From: Eledone cirrhosa
Lineage: Eukaryota
NCBI GenBank assembly: GCA_964016885.1
Contig: OZ024743.1
Coordinates: 325,190,001 to 325,254,000, forward strand
Direction: 5' to 3'
DNA length: 64,000 nucleotides
Of this stretch, positions 27,421 to 39,800 are shown in pieces. The notes below the pieces were generated by a model. It made no database searches. It was not told where the DNA came from and saw nothing but the letters and a program-made list of their open reading frames with translations. Numbering within the stretch: position 1 is the first letter of the stretch; the number at the start of each line of letters is the position of its first letter. The position numbers were made by a program, and so were the translations under genes.

Positions 27421-28505
27421 CAGCAGTGGTAGTAATCTCTATGATGTTGTTGTTGTGTACTTCCAGTCAGAACTATGGAATGTAACTAGTTTTGTGAAAC
27501 ATGGTGAGTATTATCCACAGATCCAGTAATTCTATTATACTGTACACCTCTGGCTAAGTGATCCATAGATCCAAATATATTCTTCCTCTCTGTCCAGTCA
27601 GCTCATTGGTGAGGTGGTTAAAGCTTTGGATTAAATGCTTTCATATTTGTTCCAGCTTAATGTTTAAATTCTGCTAAAGACAGATCCTTCTTTCATTCTT
27701 TTGGGTCAATAAATAAAGTTACTGACCAGGGGTCATTGGTTTGGTGGAATTGTTATAGTCAGAGACTTTGCAGTATCTGATCCAACTCTCTAAGTTCTGA
27801 GTTCAAATCCAGTCTATGTCTGCCAGAAATTTGAGACTGGCAGATAGTGTCAGTAATGAAAAGACATATGGTTACACCATTTCATTAGCTTGATCTAATG
27901 ATCAACTCCATTTTTCTACCAGTAGTTGTGACTGACAGATAGTATCAACAATGGAAAGACCATTGGAAACATTGTTTCCTTGGTCTGATCAAAGGATCAA
28001 CTCCTTCCTTCTGCTAGGAGTTATGACTGACAGATAATATCAACAATAGAAAGACCCATGGAAACATTAACTCTTTTCATTTCCTTTCTGCCTAATTGAA
28101 AACCACACAACACCCACATATCATAGTTTATCCTGTAGTGGTCAGTATAATAACAGTCTGGACATTATAGTTGTAGGCGATATAATCTGACCATGTAGTG
28201 TAGTCTGGACATGTAGTAAACAATATAAGCTGACCATGCTGTAGTGGTCAGCATTGAATGACCATGCTGTAGTGGTCAGTATAGACTGACCATGATGTAA
28301 TTGACAGTATAGTCTGACCATGCTATAGTGGACACTATAATAATAGTCTGAGTGTGATAACTTTCCTCCACTGTCCAGTCTATTTTTATTCTTTGAAGAC
28401 CCGTCCAACACATGCAGGTATGGAAAAATGAACGTAGAAAGAATGATAATGATGATTCTTTTACTGGTTTCAGTCATTAGACTGTGGCCATGTTTGGGCA
28501 CCACC

Positions 28506-28765
28506 TTAACCCTTTTGTTACCAAACCACCTGAAACCACCCCTGGTTCTACAATAAAAAAAAATCTATTTGTTTTTTAAAGTGTTTATATAAAAATCTTC
28601 TATCATAACTATTTCTGAACTGTTGTTGAGTTACATTCCAAACACCAGCTTAATGAGAAAGTTAGTTATATTATTCAATCTCTTCTAAATTCTTCATTAT
28701 TTTCAAAATTATTTGGAAATCACAGGTAGTGTCTTTTATTAGAAAATTGGTAATGAAAGGGTAAA
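28506..28765. mobile_element. piggyBac-like MITE inserted in a SINE
   Basis: TTAA-CCCTTTTGTTACC ... GGTAATGAAAGGG-TAAA termini; flanks rejoin as SINE-like gcaccacctt/aaggg; partial copy near 19380-19468. Confidence 0.6.
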
Positions 28766-29391
28766 AGGGCTTTACACATTCATAATGACTCCAGTACTTA
28801 TTTTTTCATGTCTATTATTTTATTGATCATTTTATATTCTAACTTCTGTACATTTATTTCCCCACCTATAAATTTTTAATACATGAATCTCATTTTGACC
28901 TGCACTGATCTAAAATGGCTAATTATACATGATTTCCTCCTGAGAAAAAACAAATATTTCCTGTTTTCTTTCTTTTCCTATTCTTATCTGTCTTCCTATT
29001 TAATCTTCTCTCTCTCTCTCACACACACACTCCCATTCTATCTTCCTATGAAGGACTAATGTCCAAAATGTTAAGACTCTTTTCCTACTATATTAAGCAT
29101 TAAACTAATATATATCATCATTGTAAGGCATTGTTTTCCTGTGTTGTTTTTCCTTGTTGACTATTCTTAAACCCAACACAGCTCTGATCCTGCATACTTA
29201 TGATCAAAGATGATCCAGCTGTAACTACTACCACTACACTACTGCCACTGCAACCTCTTTATCTAACCACTATCACCATTTCACTACACTACTATCACTA
29301 CTATGTTAACACCACTACCATTCCACCAACATCATAACAGTGACAATTAAAACAACAATAAAGAACAAAGAACTAAATAATGTCTAATATA

Positions 29392-29870
29392 TTCATCATC
29401 GTCGTCGTCATTGTTTTTTTGTCCGCTTTTCCATGCTTGCATTGGTTGGACAGGTCCTTCTCAACACACTTGTCGTGGTCCTTCGTCATCTCCTCTTCTA
29501 GTCTTAGTGATTTGAGGTCAACTCTCACAACCTTTGCCCAGGTCTTTCTCGGTCGTCCTCTACTGTGGCTTCCTTACACTGAGATTTCGTGGCACTTCTT
29601 CACCTATCGGTCATTGTCCATGCACATCACATGTCCATACCAATGCACTCTTCTCTCCTGCACACCATCTTGGATTCCCTTAAACCCAGCTTCTCCCTCA
29701 GCTAATCCAAGCTCTGTCTTTCTCTCACATTTAAATTGCACATCCAACAAAACATGGTTGCTTCATTTCTCTCCAATCTACGCATGTCCTCTGCAGTCAC
29801 TGCCCATGTTTCACTGCCATGCAGCATCGTCCATTGCACACAGGTGTCAGACAGCCTTCCTTTTGTACAA
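29392..29870 (-). mobile_element. RTE LINE 3' end
   Basis: Reverse complement is homologous to 50200-50695 (WYGHVM.M, GRPRKTW, GAT/GAC tail). Confidence 0.85.
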
Positions 29871-30061
29871 AGAGGGAAGCCTTTTTTTGTCGGTAGGGGG
29901 AAGCCTTTTTTTGTTCTCTAAACTAGAGTGAGCGATTGGCAGTATGGGTGGAGTGTTGGGCAACATGCTTTGCAGCATAGAGTTATGGCCCTTTACGTTC
30001 TGAGTTAAAATCTTGCTTTGTCTTTCATCCTTACGTGGACGATAAAAATCATTATTATTTT

Positions 30062-30189
30062 TTTTTTTATTACATCCTCTGTTTTTCTTGTTTTTTTACA
30101 CGCAGAAATGCCCATTTGTACCGTCCTGTATTGTTCTGTACTGTCCTTAATGTCTACTTTATGTAAACTCTTGTGGTTAATAAAGAAAG

Positions 30190-30226
<37 letters not shown>
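30062..30226 (+). mobile_element. Isolated 3'-terminal copy (3' UTR, AATAAA, (ATT)n) of the adjacent Tx1-like LINE
   Basis: Aligns by eye with 35868-36016, with a few substitutions and indels. Confidence 0.9.
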
Positions 30227-30577
30227 GGCGACCTACGTAGGAAATCGTATTATCGTGAACTCCGTAAAGGTTTGTTGTTTTCAGTTATTTCAAATTACCA
30301 GTTATGGAAAATTTTGTTGTTAAGTGTTTATAAGTTGACATATATTGCTTTCTGAAAAGGACACTCAATAATATTGGGGTCTTGAGCACAAAACTTAAAC
30401 TTTTTATTTATCAAACAAAATATTTCTTTGAAAAAAAAACATAGACGACAAATTTACTGTTTTTAACAGACCAACACCCCCTCCCTCGCCACCACTATTG
30501 TAAGCCTTGCCATTGTTGCCAACACTGAAAATATAATTACTAGTAGTCTGAATTATTTAGATTTGCCGCATAAAGAC

Positions 30578-32315
30578 ATGGATTTCCCACCATTACCAAT
30601 AACTGCAGGTGTTAAAGCCGCCACCACCACAGCGACAACAGAAAGCCCCAAAAATATATTATTATCTCGTGACATCAAAATGGATTCACCCAGAATCGAC
30701 TCTTCCACGCCGAACACCACTGACACCACCACCACCTCAACTGAAACTAAAAATAACAATAACAACAACAACAATGAGAATAACAACATCAACACCACTG
30801 CAAAACAAAATGTGTCATTTGCCAAAGCAGCCAAGAAAAGCGAAACAATCGAGGTAAGCCAGGATGAATTAAATGAAGCCAAGAGAATGGTAAAAAAAGA
30901 TGGGTACAGGGTCAGCCCCCCCCCCCCCCCCAATAAAATGGAGCATCGGCGCCTATGCACCGTGTCTTATCGGATGATAAACACAAAATCACGCCGAGTG
31001 GAATGGGCATCCGAGTCCCAAATACAAAAAGCTTTGGGACATGTGTGGGCGAAAAAAACCCACATCAGACGTGGGCAGAAATATGGAACCGTGGACGTGT
31101 TCTTTGGAACACCACAGGAAGCCAGAGAGCACTCCATGGCCCCATTAAGAAGCGACGACTTCACACTCGTCCCAAGCTATTGTGGTCAGAGACTCGTGAA
31201 GATCAGAGTGACCCACGTTCCACCGGCCAACGAAATTCTCTGGCAAATGGCTGCTGTCCTCGCTGGCATCGAGGCCAACACCAAAATAATTGAAATAACA
31301 AAAGAAAAACAGGAGAACTGGTCCGGATCTGGGATGGAGCTCCTGATCCAAGCGGACCAAAAAACATTGAGGAAATTCCAGAGGTGATAGACCTCACTGA
31401 CGGTAGCCACCTCACCGTAATCGTTGAAGGTAGAAGGCCTAGGTGTGTCGTTTGTGGTGAAGGAACCCACCTAAAGGCTTTCTGCCCTCAGGCTAAAAAG
31501 TTGAGGTCACCTCTCTTACCCACCCCAGTGACTCAACCATCAACACCACCAGCAGCAGAAATGGCAGCAACAACTGTAGCAACTGTAGCAGCAACAATCC
31601 CAGCAACAGTAGCAAAACCAATACCACCATCACCCACCACGCCAGAACTAGCACCAGCGCCTCCACCATCCACCACGCCACAACCAAAACCAACGCCTGT
31701 GGAGGATTTTCCACTCCCTGACCTATCGCAACTGGAGACAGATTGTGACGACGAGGAGTGGGAAACTGTATCAGGGAAAAAGAAAAAGAACCCCAAAAAG
31801 AAAAAAATGCTCTTCCTTCCCCCTCCAAAAACAAAATACAGGGGGAAACAAATAAACTAACAAACAAAAAAGTTAGGACAGCTATGCCACCATCCACACC
31901 AGCGTCACCAACCCCATCACCACAAACACCATCACCATCATTAACCCCAACATCACCAACACCACAAAAGTCACCAAAAAGCGAAACAAAAACAAACCCA
32001 CAACAAATGCAAACAAAACAAAACAACCAAAACGATACACACTACACTGCATTAAATTTGAACAACAACCAATTATTACACTACATCGTACACAACACCA
32101 GCATCACAGAAAAAGACTGCACAACACCCCAAAAATTCACACCACCTCCACTCGCATCACACTGAAAACGTACACGATACTAAAACAAAAAATTCCCCAA
32201 GGACATCGGAGACTTCCGACAAACACTCTCCAGGAGGATTATAAGGACATCCTTCCGGAGAAGGCCACAAGCCGTGAGAAGGATGGAGAAACCATCCTTC
32301 CTCTACGAGAAGTAA
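30578..32315 (+). pseudogene. LINE ORF1 (gag-like), frameshifted
   Basis: SFAKAAK motif; CVVCGEGTHLKAFC (CX2CX4HX4C); WETVSGKKKK; Pro/Thr-rich tail split over several frames. Confidence 0.85.
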
Positions 32316-32354
32316 GGTAAGTGATCTTTCCCATCTTTTCCACTCCTTTTCAAC

Positions 32355-35300
32355 ATGACCTCACTCAGAATAGGCAGCATAAATGCACGTGGCTTGGGGT
32401 CATCATGGAAGCAGGGCCACCTGCTCAACGACCTCAGGTCACTAAACATAGATGTGGTGGCCATCAGCGAGACCAGAATCTCCGAGGCACGGACCTTCGC
32501 ACCGATCTTCGGCGGCTACGATGTGTACGCATCTCCTAGCCGTCCTGGATCGGGGGAGGAGTTGCTGTGCTTTTTCGGAGAGGTTTGGATCTCGCCATAC
32601 GGGCCATCTTCCTGGACCCAGAAGGTAAGTTTGTGGTGCCTGGACGTGACCAGCGGAGACGGGAAAGCTTTCAGGCTAGTGGCCATCTATGCCCCGACAG
32701 GAGCAAGGCGGCCTGATTTCTTCCGGCGTCTAGAGACCTTTCTTGGAACGTCCCGCTCTTTAGTGTTAGTGGGCGACTGGAACGGGATCTTAGATGCACG
32801 CTGGGACTGTGTGGGATTAGCGGATAGGGGAGGAGGGTGCAAGAGCCTCACCAACCTGCTCAGGCGTTTTGAACTGTCTGACAAGTACCGATTGGATTTC
32901 CAGAATGTGCCAATGTGGACTTGGACAAACCGTATCGGGTCATGCAGATCATATCTAAGAGTATTTTGTAGGGAAATAGATAGTCAAGATAGTCAGCTAC
33001 ACGGACAACAAATTCGTGATCTGTGTGGTTGACTTAGACAGGCTTCATAGACAAGGACCCAGCTACTGGAAGATAAACGTGTCATTACCAGCGCGCAAGA
33101 TCTACAGAGACTGGATTAGCGAACTAGTTAAGCGGGCATTGGCGGGGGCCATCAACAACAAGTGGTGGTTTGCTCTGAAAAGAGCGATTAGAATAGAGTC
33201 CATTAGGTTTAGTAAGGCTTTAGCAATAGAGAAAAATAGAGCAGAGGGAGAACTAGTTAGAAAATTAGACGAGGCGCTTAGCAAAGGCATCGCGACCGAC
33301 GTACTTGCGGCGAAATTGGCCCTTGACCAATTCTTCAATGCAAAGCATGAAGGCTGCATTGTCAGAGCTAGGGTTCGTGCTCTCAGACACGAGGGGACGA
33401 AAGCCGTTCAATGGGCCCGAGTGGCAGAGGCGCGTCGTGGCAACAAAGCCACGACCCAGTCTTTGGTGGACCACGACGGGCGCATGCTACTCGATCCCGA
33501 GCAAATGTTTGAAGCTTTTCAGGGACACTTCGCTCAGCTATTCGGGGGCAGCGGCGGGTCGGATCGAGGGATGGACTTTAGTGTCTACCTCAACGGACTG
33601 CCGCGGCTCTCGGCCACTGAGGCGGAGTGTTGCGAAAAGCCGATAACAGCAGCTGAAATACGGGAGGCAATGACTGGCTGCACAAGGGGTAAATCGCCTG
33701 GTTTGGATGGTCTGCCCTATGAACTTTACATACAGATACCAGACTTGTTTGGAGGCCTCTTGGTGGACGTCTACTGTAACTGGCAACAGAGCGGGAGAAT
33801 TCCCAGCTCTGTGAGCCGAGGAGCGGTTGCGCTGCTTGAGAAAAGATCCGAACAAGGGGGATAACATAGATAATTTCAGGCCCATAACTCTGCTAAACAG
33901 AGTTCAAGATTTTGGCCAAGGTGCTAGCAAAGAGGTTGGCGCTTGTCGTTGGTGATCTGGTGGGAGAGGCGCAGACATGTGCCATTCCAGACAGATACAT
34001 CCACGACAACCGCCACCTCATGCGATACATCGTGGAGAGGGTAGCTAGGGAACCTGGCACAGGTGGGTCCGTGATCAATTTAGATCAGTCGAAAGCTTTC
34101 GATAGGTTCGACCATCGTTATCTGGCGGCAGTCCTGAGGGCGGCTGGCTTTGGGCCCGTCTTCAGAGGCTGGATCGCTGCCATGCAGAGCTACATCTGCT
34201 CTGTGGTGAGAGTGAACAGTCACCTTTCGGAACCGTTCAACATCATGCGCTCGGTCCGCCAAGGATATCCCCTCTTGTACGTATTGACTCTCGAGCCATT
34301 ACTGCACAAACTGGAGATGTTGAGGGGGTTCCCGCGCAAACTAGGATGCGGAAGATCCGTGTCAGCATATGCGGACGATGTCACCGTAGTGGTGTCGAAC
34401 GCAAAAAACACATCAAGGCGATCGACACTACACAAAGAGAATACGAAGCGGTGACAGGAGCAATGATCAACCAAGAAAAGTCGGTGGGCCTGCAGCTCGG
34501 CAGCTGGAGAGGCAGGTCCATGCCGTCCAACAGCGTCGTTGGGCACTGGACGGATGGACCGGTTAAATTGCTAGGGGTCTGGTTCGGTCCGGACCTCCAG
34601 ACGGACAAAAACTGGGATGAGGTGACGAGCAGGGTGGTTTCTCTCACCCAGAAATGGGTGGAGAGGAAGCTATCCCTGAAAGGTCGAGCGGAGGTGGCTA
34701 ACGCGTACATCGCGTCCGTCATCTACTACCACCCGACTGTCATGCCTTGTCCTAAGCCTCGCCTGACTGCGCTGGAGCATTTGCTCTTTCGTTTTTTGTG
34801 GAAGGGACGCGCTCCGATGGTCAGGCGGTCCATCTGCTGTCAACACCCGCTACGTGGTGGGCTGCGCATGCCGTGGCTGATGATGCGCATACACGCACTC
34901 AGGCTACGACATCTCCACCTCTTCCTCGATGGTGATCAGGTATGGTCGCCGTTTGCTAGACGCGTCTTTCCCCAGCTCGTCTCCTTGACAGAGCTGCAGT
35001 CCTGGGTCAAGCGAAGACCGAGAGGGAGCGCCTGGAGACTGGAATGTCTTCAGGCGACACAGCCTTCAACCAATCAGGCAATGTGATCGGTAGAAACTCC
35101 ACCTTGGCGTTCTATAGAGGATTAGTGGAGGGGAAGAGCGACGACGTACTTGGGGTAACTCTAGGCATCGACGAAAATCAACTAGCCAATCTCTTAGGAA
35201 GAACTTTCGGGCGGGGGCCTATGGACAACTTCCAGAAATCCCTGGCCTGGTTGTGCTACCGAGGAGCTTTGCCAGTTCGGGATAAACTCTACAGGCATGG

Positions 35301-35735
35301 AGGTGCTGTCAGTCGGGCATGTCTGAGATGCGCGCAGGGCAACGAAACCGTCCTGCACGTACTCGTCCAGTGTCCGAGCATTGCTGACTTGTGGGTTTAT
35401 GTCGAACACCTGCTGTCGCGTGTAGGACGGATCCAGCTATCAACTGAGTCCATCGTGAGGATTGCCCCGCCCTCTTCCTTTAGCCGGGAACGGCAGGCAA
35501 TTTTTATCTGTCTGGTGGCCATGGTGAAAGAGATAGTATGGTGAACGCGTTTGAAAGGGCTGAAGACGAGCACTTACCTCTTCGGTGATGCCCTGATTAA
35601 CTTTTTCAAATTTCATTTAAAAAGGAAATCAGGGTAGAGAGGGAAGTGCTCTCTTCCCAGCATTTTGTTGAAAGATGGGTGAGAGAGGCAAGAATGGCTC
35701 GTGTGAATGGGCCTACTCTGAGTATGCGCCTGTAA
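32355..35735 (+). pseudogene. LINE ORF2 (APE endonuclease - reverse transcriptase - zf-RVT), several frameshifts and stops
   Basis: SINARGL, ISET, IYAP, VGDWN; KSPGLDGLPYE, LDQSKAFDR, VRQG, YADD; LSLKGR; CLRC..ETVLHVLVQC. Confidence 0.95.
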
Positions 35736-36334
35736 ATTGAAGGTGGAAAACTGGGAGAGGGCACTTGCCCTGGTGGTCAGGGTCACCGTGGCTTTTTTTA
35801 ATGGGCTTTCTCCACGAATGTCCCTCGGAAGTCTCCCCCCTATTGAGGAATTTTTCATTGTTTCTTTTTTGTTACATCCTCAGTTTTTTGTTTTTACACG
35901 CAGAAATGCCCATTTGTACCGTCTTGTATTGTCCTGTACTGTCCTTAATGTCTACTTTGTATAAACCCTTGTGGTTAATAAAGAAAGCATTATTATTATT
36001 ATTATTATTATTATTATCATCTAATAACATAATTGAATAATTGATTAATTAATGTCTTATCATAACAGTTAGTAAGCACAGTAAGCAATAGAAGTCTAAT
36101 TTAATAACATAATCATATATTTAACAAGTACTGTCACAACATATTTACATATAAACTAAGATAGCCACAGCCCAGTACCTCATAGTCCAAAAGGCTCTAT
36201 CCTATTTTAAATATATATTTAAATATACAGCGATTTATAGGAATAAAAACATGACATTTTTTTCAAAATTGAGACTATCATGGAAGTTTATAACATCATT
36301 AGATAACCCAAGTCAACAAATAAAACCAAAAGAA

Positions 36335-36750
36335 AGCTGTTTAATGAATATGTTCTGTCGGTGAGGACTTATGGAAGTGAGACATGGGCACTCAACACCA
36401 CCACTGTAGAGACTTGCAGTGTTTCAATGTAAAATGGAGTTAATCATGATTGGTATGACCTTACATGACAGGAAGAGTAACAACTGGATTCAACAGTAGA
36501 CTGGAGTGAAGGTCATCACCGAGACCATCATAAAAGGGCAAACATAGATGGGCTGGCCATATCTCTCGTTTCAGAGACAACATGTGGACTATTAGAGCAG
36601 CAGTGTGGACACCAAGGCAGTGGAGAAGAACCAGAGGGTAGACAAGATGGTGTGACAATCTGACTCCATACGTCAGCCCCACATGGTCCAGTATGGCCAG
36701 AGATGTGGAGGTCAACCAGGGAGGTGTTCCTCCAACTCCAACAGAAATGA
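36335..36750 (+). mobile_element. Old RTE-like LINE 3' fragment
   Basis: TYGSETWAL, RWAGHISR and WTPRQW motifs in broken frames. Confidence 0.7.
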
Positions 36751-36879
36751 GAAGGATTTGGATTTGGAATTGTTATTAAATACCTTTCTTCTTCTTTAGA
36801 TGTCACCTCTGTTTTAGAGGTCAGCATGCAGAGCCAGACTTAAACCAGCCAGATTGATTGCTCCCTATTAGGCCCCACT

Positions 36880-39800
36880 ACCATTATCCCACCATTGCCA
36901 CAACCAAACACTACCACAATCACCACCATTGCCACCACCACCAAACACTACCACACTCTCCACCATTGCCACAACCACCAAACACTACCACAATCTCCAC
37001 CATTGCCACAACCACCACCACCAAACACTACCACACTCTCCACAATTGTCACAACAACCAAACACTACCACAATCTCCACCATTGCCACCGCCACTAAAC
37101 ACTACCACAATCTCCACCATTGCCACAACCACCACGACCAAACACTACCACAATCTCCACCATTGCCACAACCACCAAACACTACCACAATCTCCACTAT
37201 TGCCACAACCACCAAACACTACCACACTCTCCACCATTGTCACAACCACCAAACACTACCACAATCTCCACTATTGCCACAACCACCAAACACTACCACA
37301 ATCTCCACCATTGCCACAACCACCACCACCAAACACTACCACAATCTCCACCAGTGCCACAACCACCAAACACTACCACACTCTCCACCATTGCCACAAC
37401 CACCAAACACTACCACAATCTCCACCATTGCCACAACCACCACCACCAAACACTACCACACTCTCCACCATTGCCACAACCACCAAACACTACCACAATT
37501 TCCACCATTGCCACAACCACCACCACCAAACACTACCACACTCTCCACCATTGCCACAACCACCAAACACTACCACAATCTCCACCATTGCCACAACCAC
37601 CAAACACTACCACAATCTTCACCATTGCCACAACCACCAAACACTACCACAATCTCCACCATTGCCACAACCACCACGACCAAACACTACCACAATCTCC
37701 ACCAGTGCCACAACCTCCAAACACTACCACAATCTCCACCATTGCCACAACCACCACGACCAAATACTACCACAATCTCCACCATTGCCACAACCACCAA
37801 ACACTACCACAATCTCCACCATTGCCACAACCACCAAACACTACCACAATCTCCACCATTGCCACAACCACCAAACACTACCACAATCTTCACCATTGCC
37901 ACAACCACCAAACACTACCACAATCTCAATCTCCACCATTACCACAACCACCAAACATTACCACAATCTCCACTATTGCCACAACCACCAAACACTACCA
38001 CAATCTCCACCATTTCCATAACCACCAAACACTACCACATCTCCACCATTGCCACAACCACCACGACCAAACACTACCACACTCTCCACCATTGCCACAA
38101 CCACCACCAAACACTACCTCACTCTCCACCATTGCCACAACCACCAAACACTACCACAATCTCCACCATTGCCACAACCACCACCACCACCACACTCTCC
38201 ACCATTGCCACAACCACCACCACCACCAAACACTACCACACTCTCCACCATTGCCACCACCACCACCACCACCAAACACTACCACAATCTCCACCATTGC
38301 CACAACCACCACCACCACCACCAAACACTACCACAATCTCCACCATTGCCACAGCCGCAACCACCACCAAACACTACCACAATCTCCACCATTGCCACAA
38401 CCACCACGACCAAACACTACCACAATCTCCACCATTGCCACAACCACCAAACACTACCACAATCTCCACTATTGCCCAAACCACCAAACACTACCACAAT
38501 CTCCACCATTGCCACAACCACCAAACACTACCACACTCTCCATCATTGCCACAACCACCACCAAACACTACCACAATCTCCACCATTACCACAACCACCA
38601 CGACCAAACACTACCACAATCTCCACCATTGCCACAACCACCAAACACTACCACAATCTCCACCATTGCCACAACCACCACCACCAAACACTACCACACT
38701 CTCCACCATTGCCACAACCACCAAACACTACCACAATCTCCACCATTGCCACAACCACCAAACACTACCACAATCTCCACCATTGCCACAACCACCACCA
38801 CCAAACACTACCACACTCTCCACCTTTGCCACAACCACCAAACACTACCACACTCTCCATCATTGCCACAACCACCACCAAACACTACCACAATCTCCAC
38901 CATTGCCACAACCACCACGATAAAACACTACCACAATCTCCACCATTGCCACAACCACCACCAAACACTACCACAATCTCCACCATTGCCACCGCCACTA
39001 AACACTACCACAATCTCCACCATTGCCACAACCACCAAACACTACCACAATCTCCACTATTGCCACAACCACCAAACACTACCACACTCTCCACCATTGC
39101 CACAACCACCAAACACTACCACAATCTCCACTATTGCCACAACCACCAAACACTACCACAATCTCCACCATTGCCACAACCACCACCACCAAACACTACC
39201 ACACTCTCCACCATTGCCACAACCACCAAACACTACCACAATCTCCACCATTGCCACAACCACCAAACACTACCACAATCTTCACCATTGCCACAACCAC
39301 CAAACACTACCACTATCTCCACCATTGCCACAACCACCACGACCAAACACTACCACAATCTCCACCAGTGCCACAACCTCCAAACACTACCACAATCTCC
39401 ACCATTGCCACAACCACCACGACCAAATACTACCACAATCTCCACCATTGCCACAACCACCAAACACTACAACAATCTCCACCATTGCCACAACCACCAA
39501 ACACTACCACAATCTCCACCATTGCCACAACCACCAAACACTACCACAATCTTCACCATTGCCACAACCACCAAACACTACCACAATCTCAATCTCCACC
39601 ATTACCACAACCACCACAACCACCAAACATTACCACAATCTCCACTATTGCCACAACCACCAAACACAACCATAATCTCCACCATTGCCACAACCACCAA
39701 ACACTACCACATCTCCACCATTGCCACAACCACCACGACCAAACACTACCACACTCTCCACCATTGCCACAACCACCACCAAACACTACCTCACTCTCCA

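Larger units (their letters stand above)
30227..36016 (+). mobile_element. Near full-length L1/Tx1-clade non-LTR retrotransposon
   Basis: 5' UTR, ORF1 with CCHC knuckle, ORF2 with APE, RT and C-terminal zinc motif, 3' UTR with AATAAA and (ATT)n tail. Confidence 0.95.

Noticed and set aside
30062-36016. LTR retrotransposon, because of the terminal direct repeats
   Set aside because: No TG..CA ends, PBS, protease or integrase; APE plus RT and a simple-repeat tail identify a non-LTR element.
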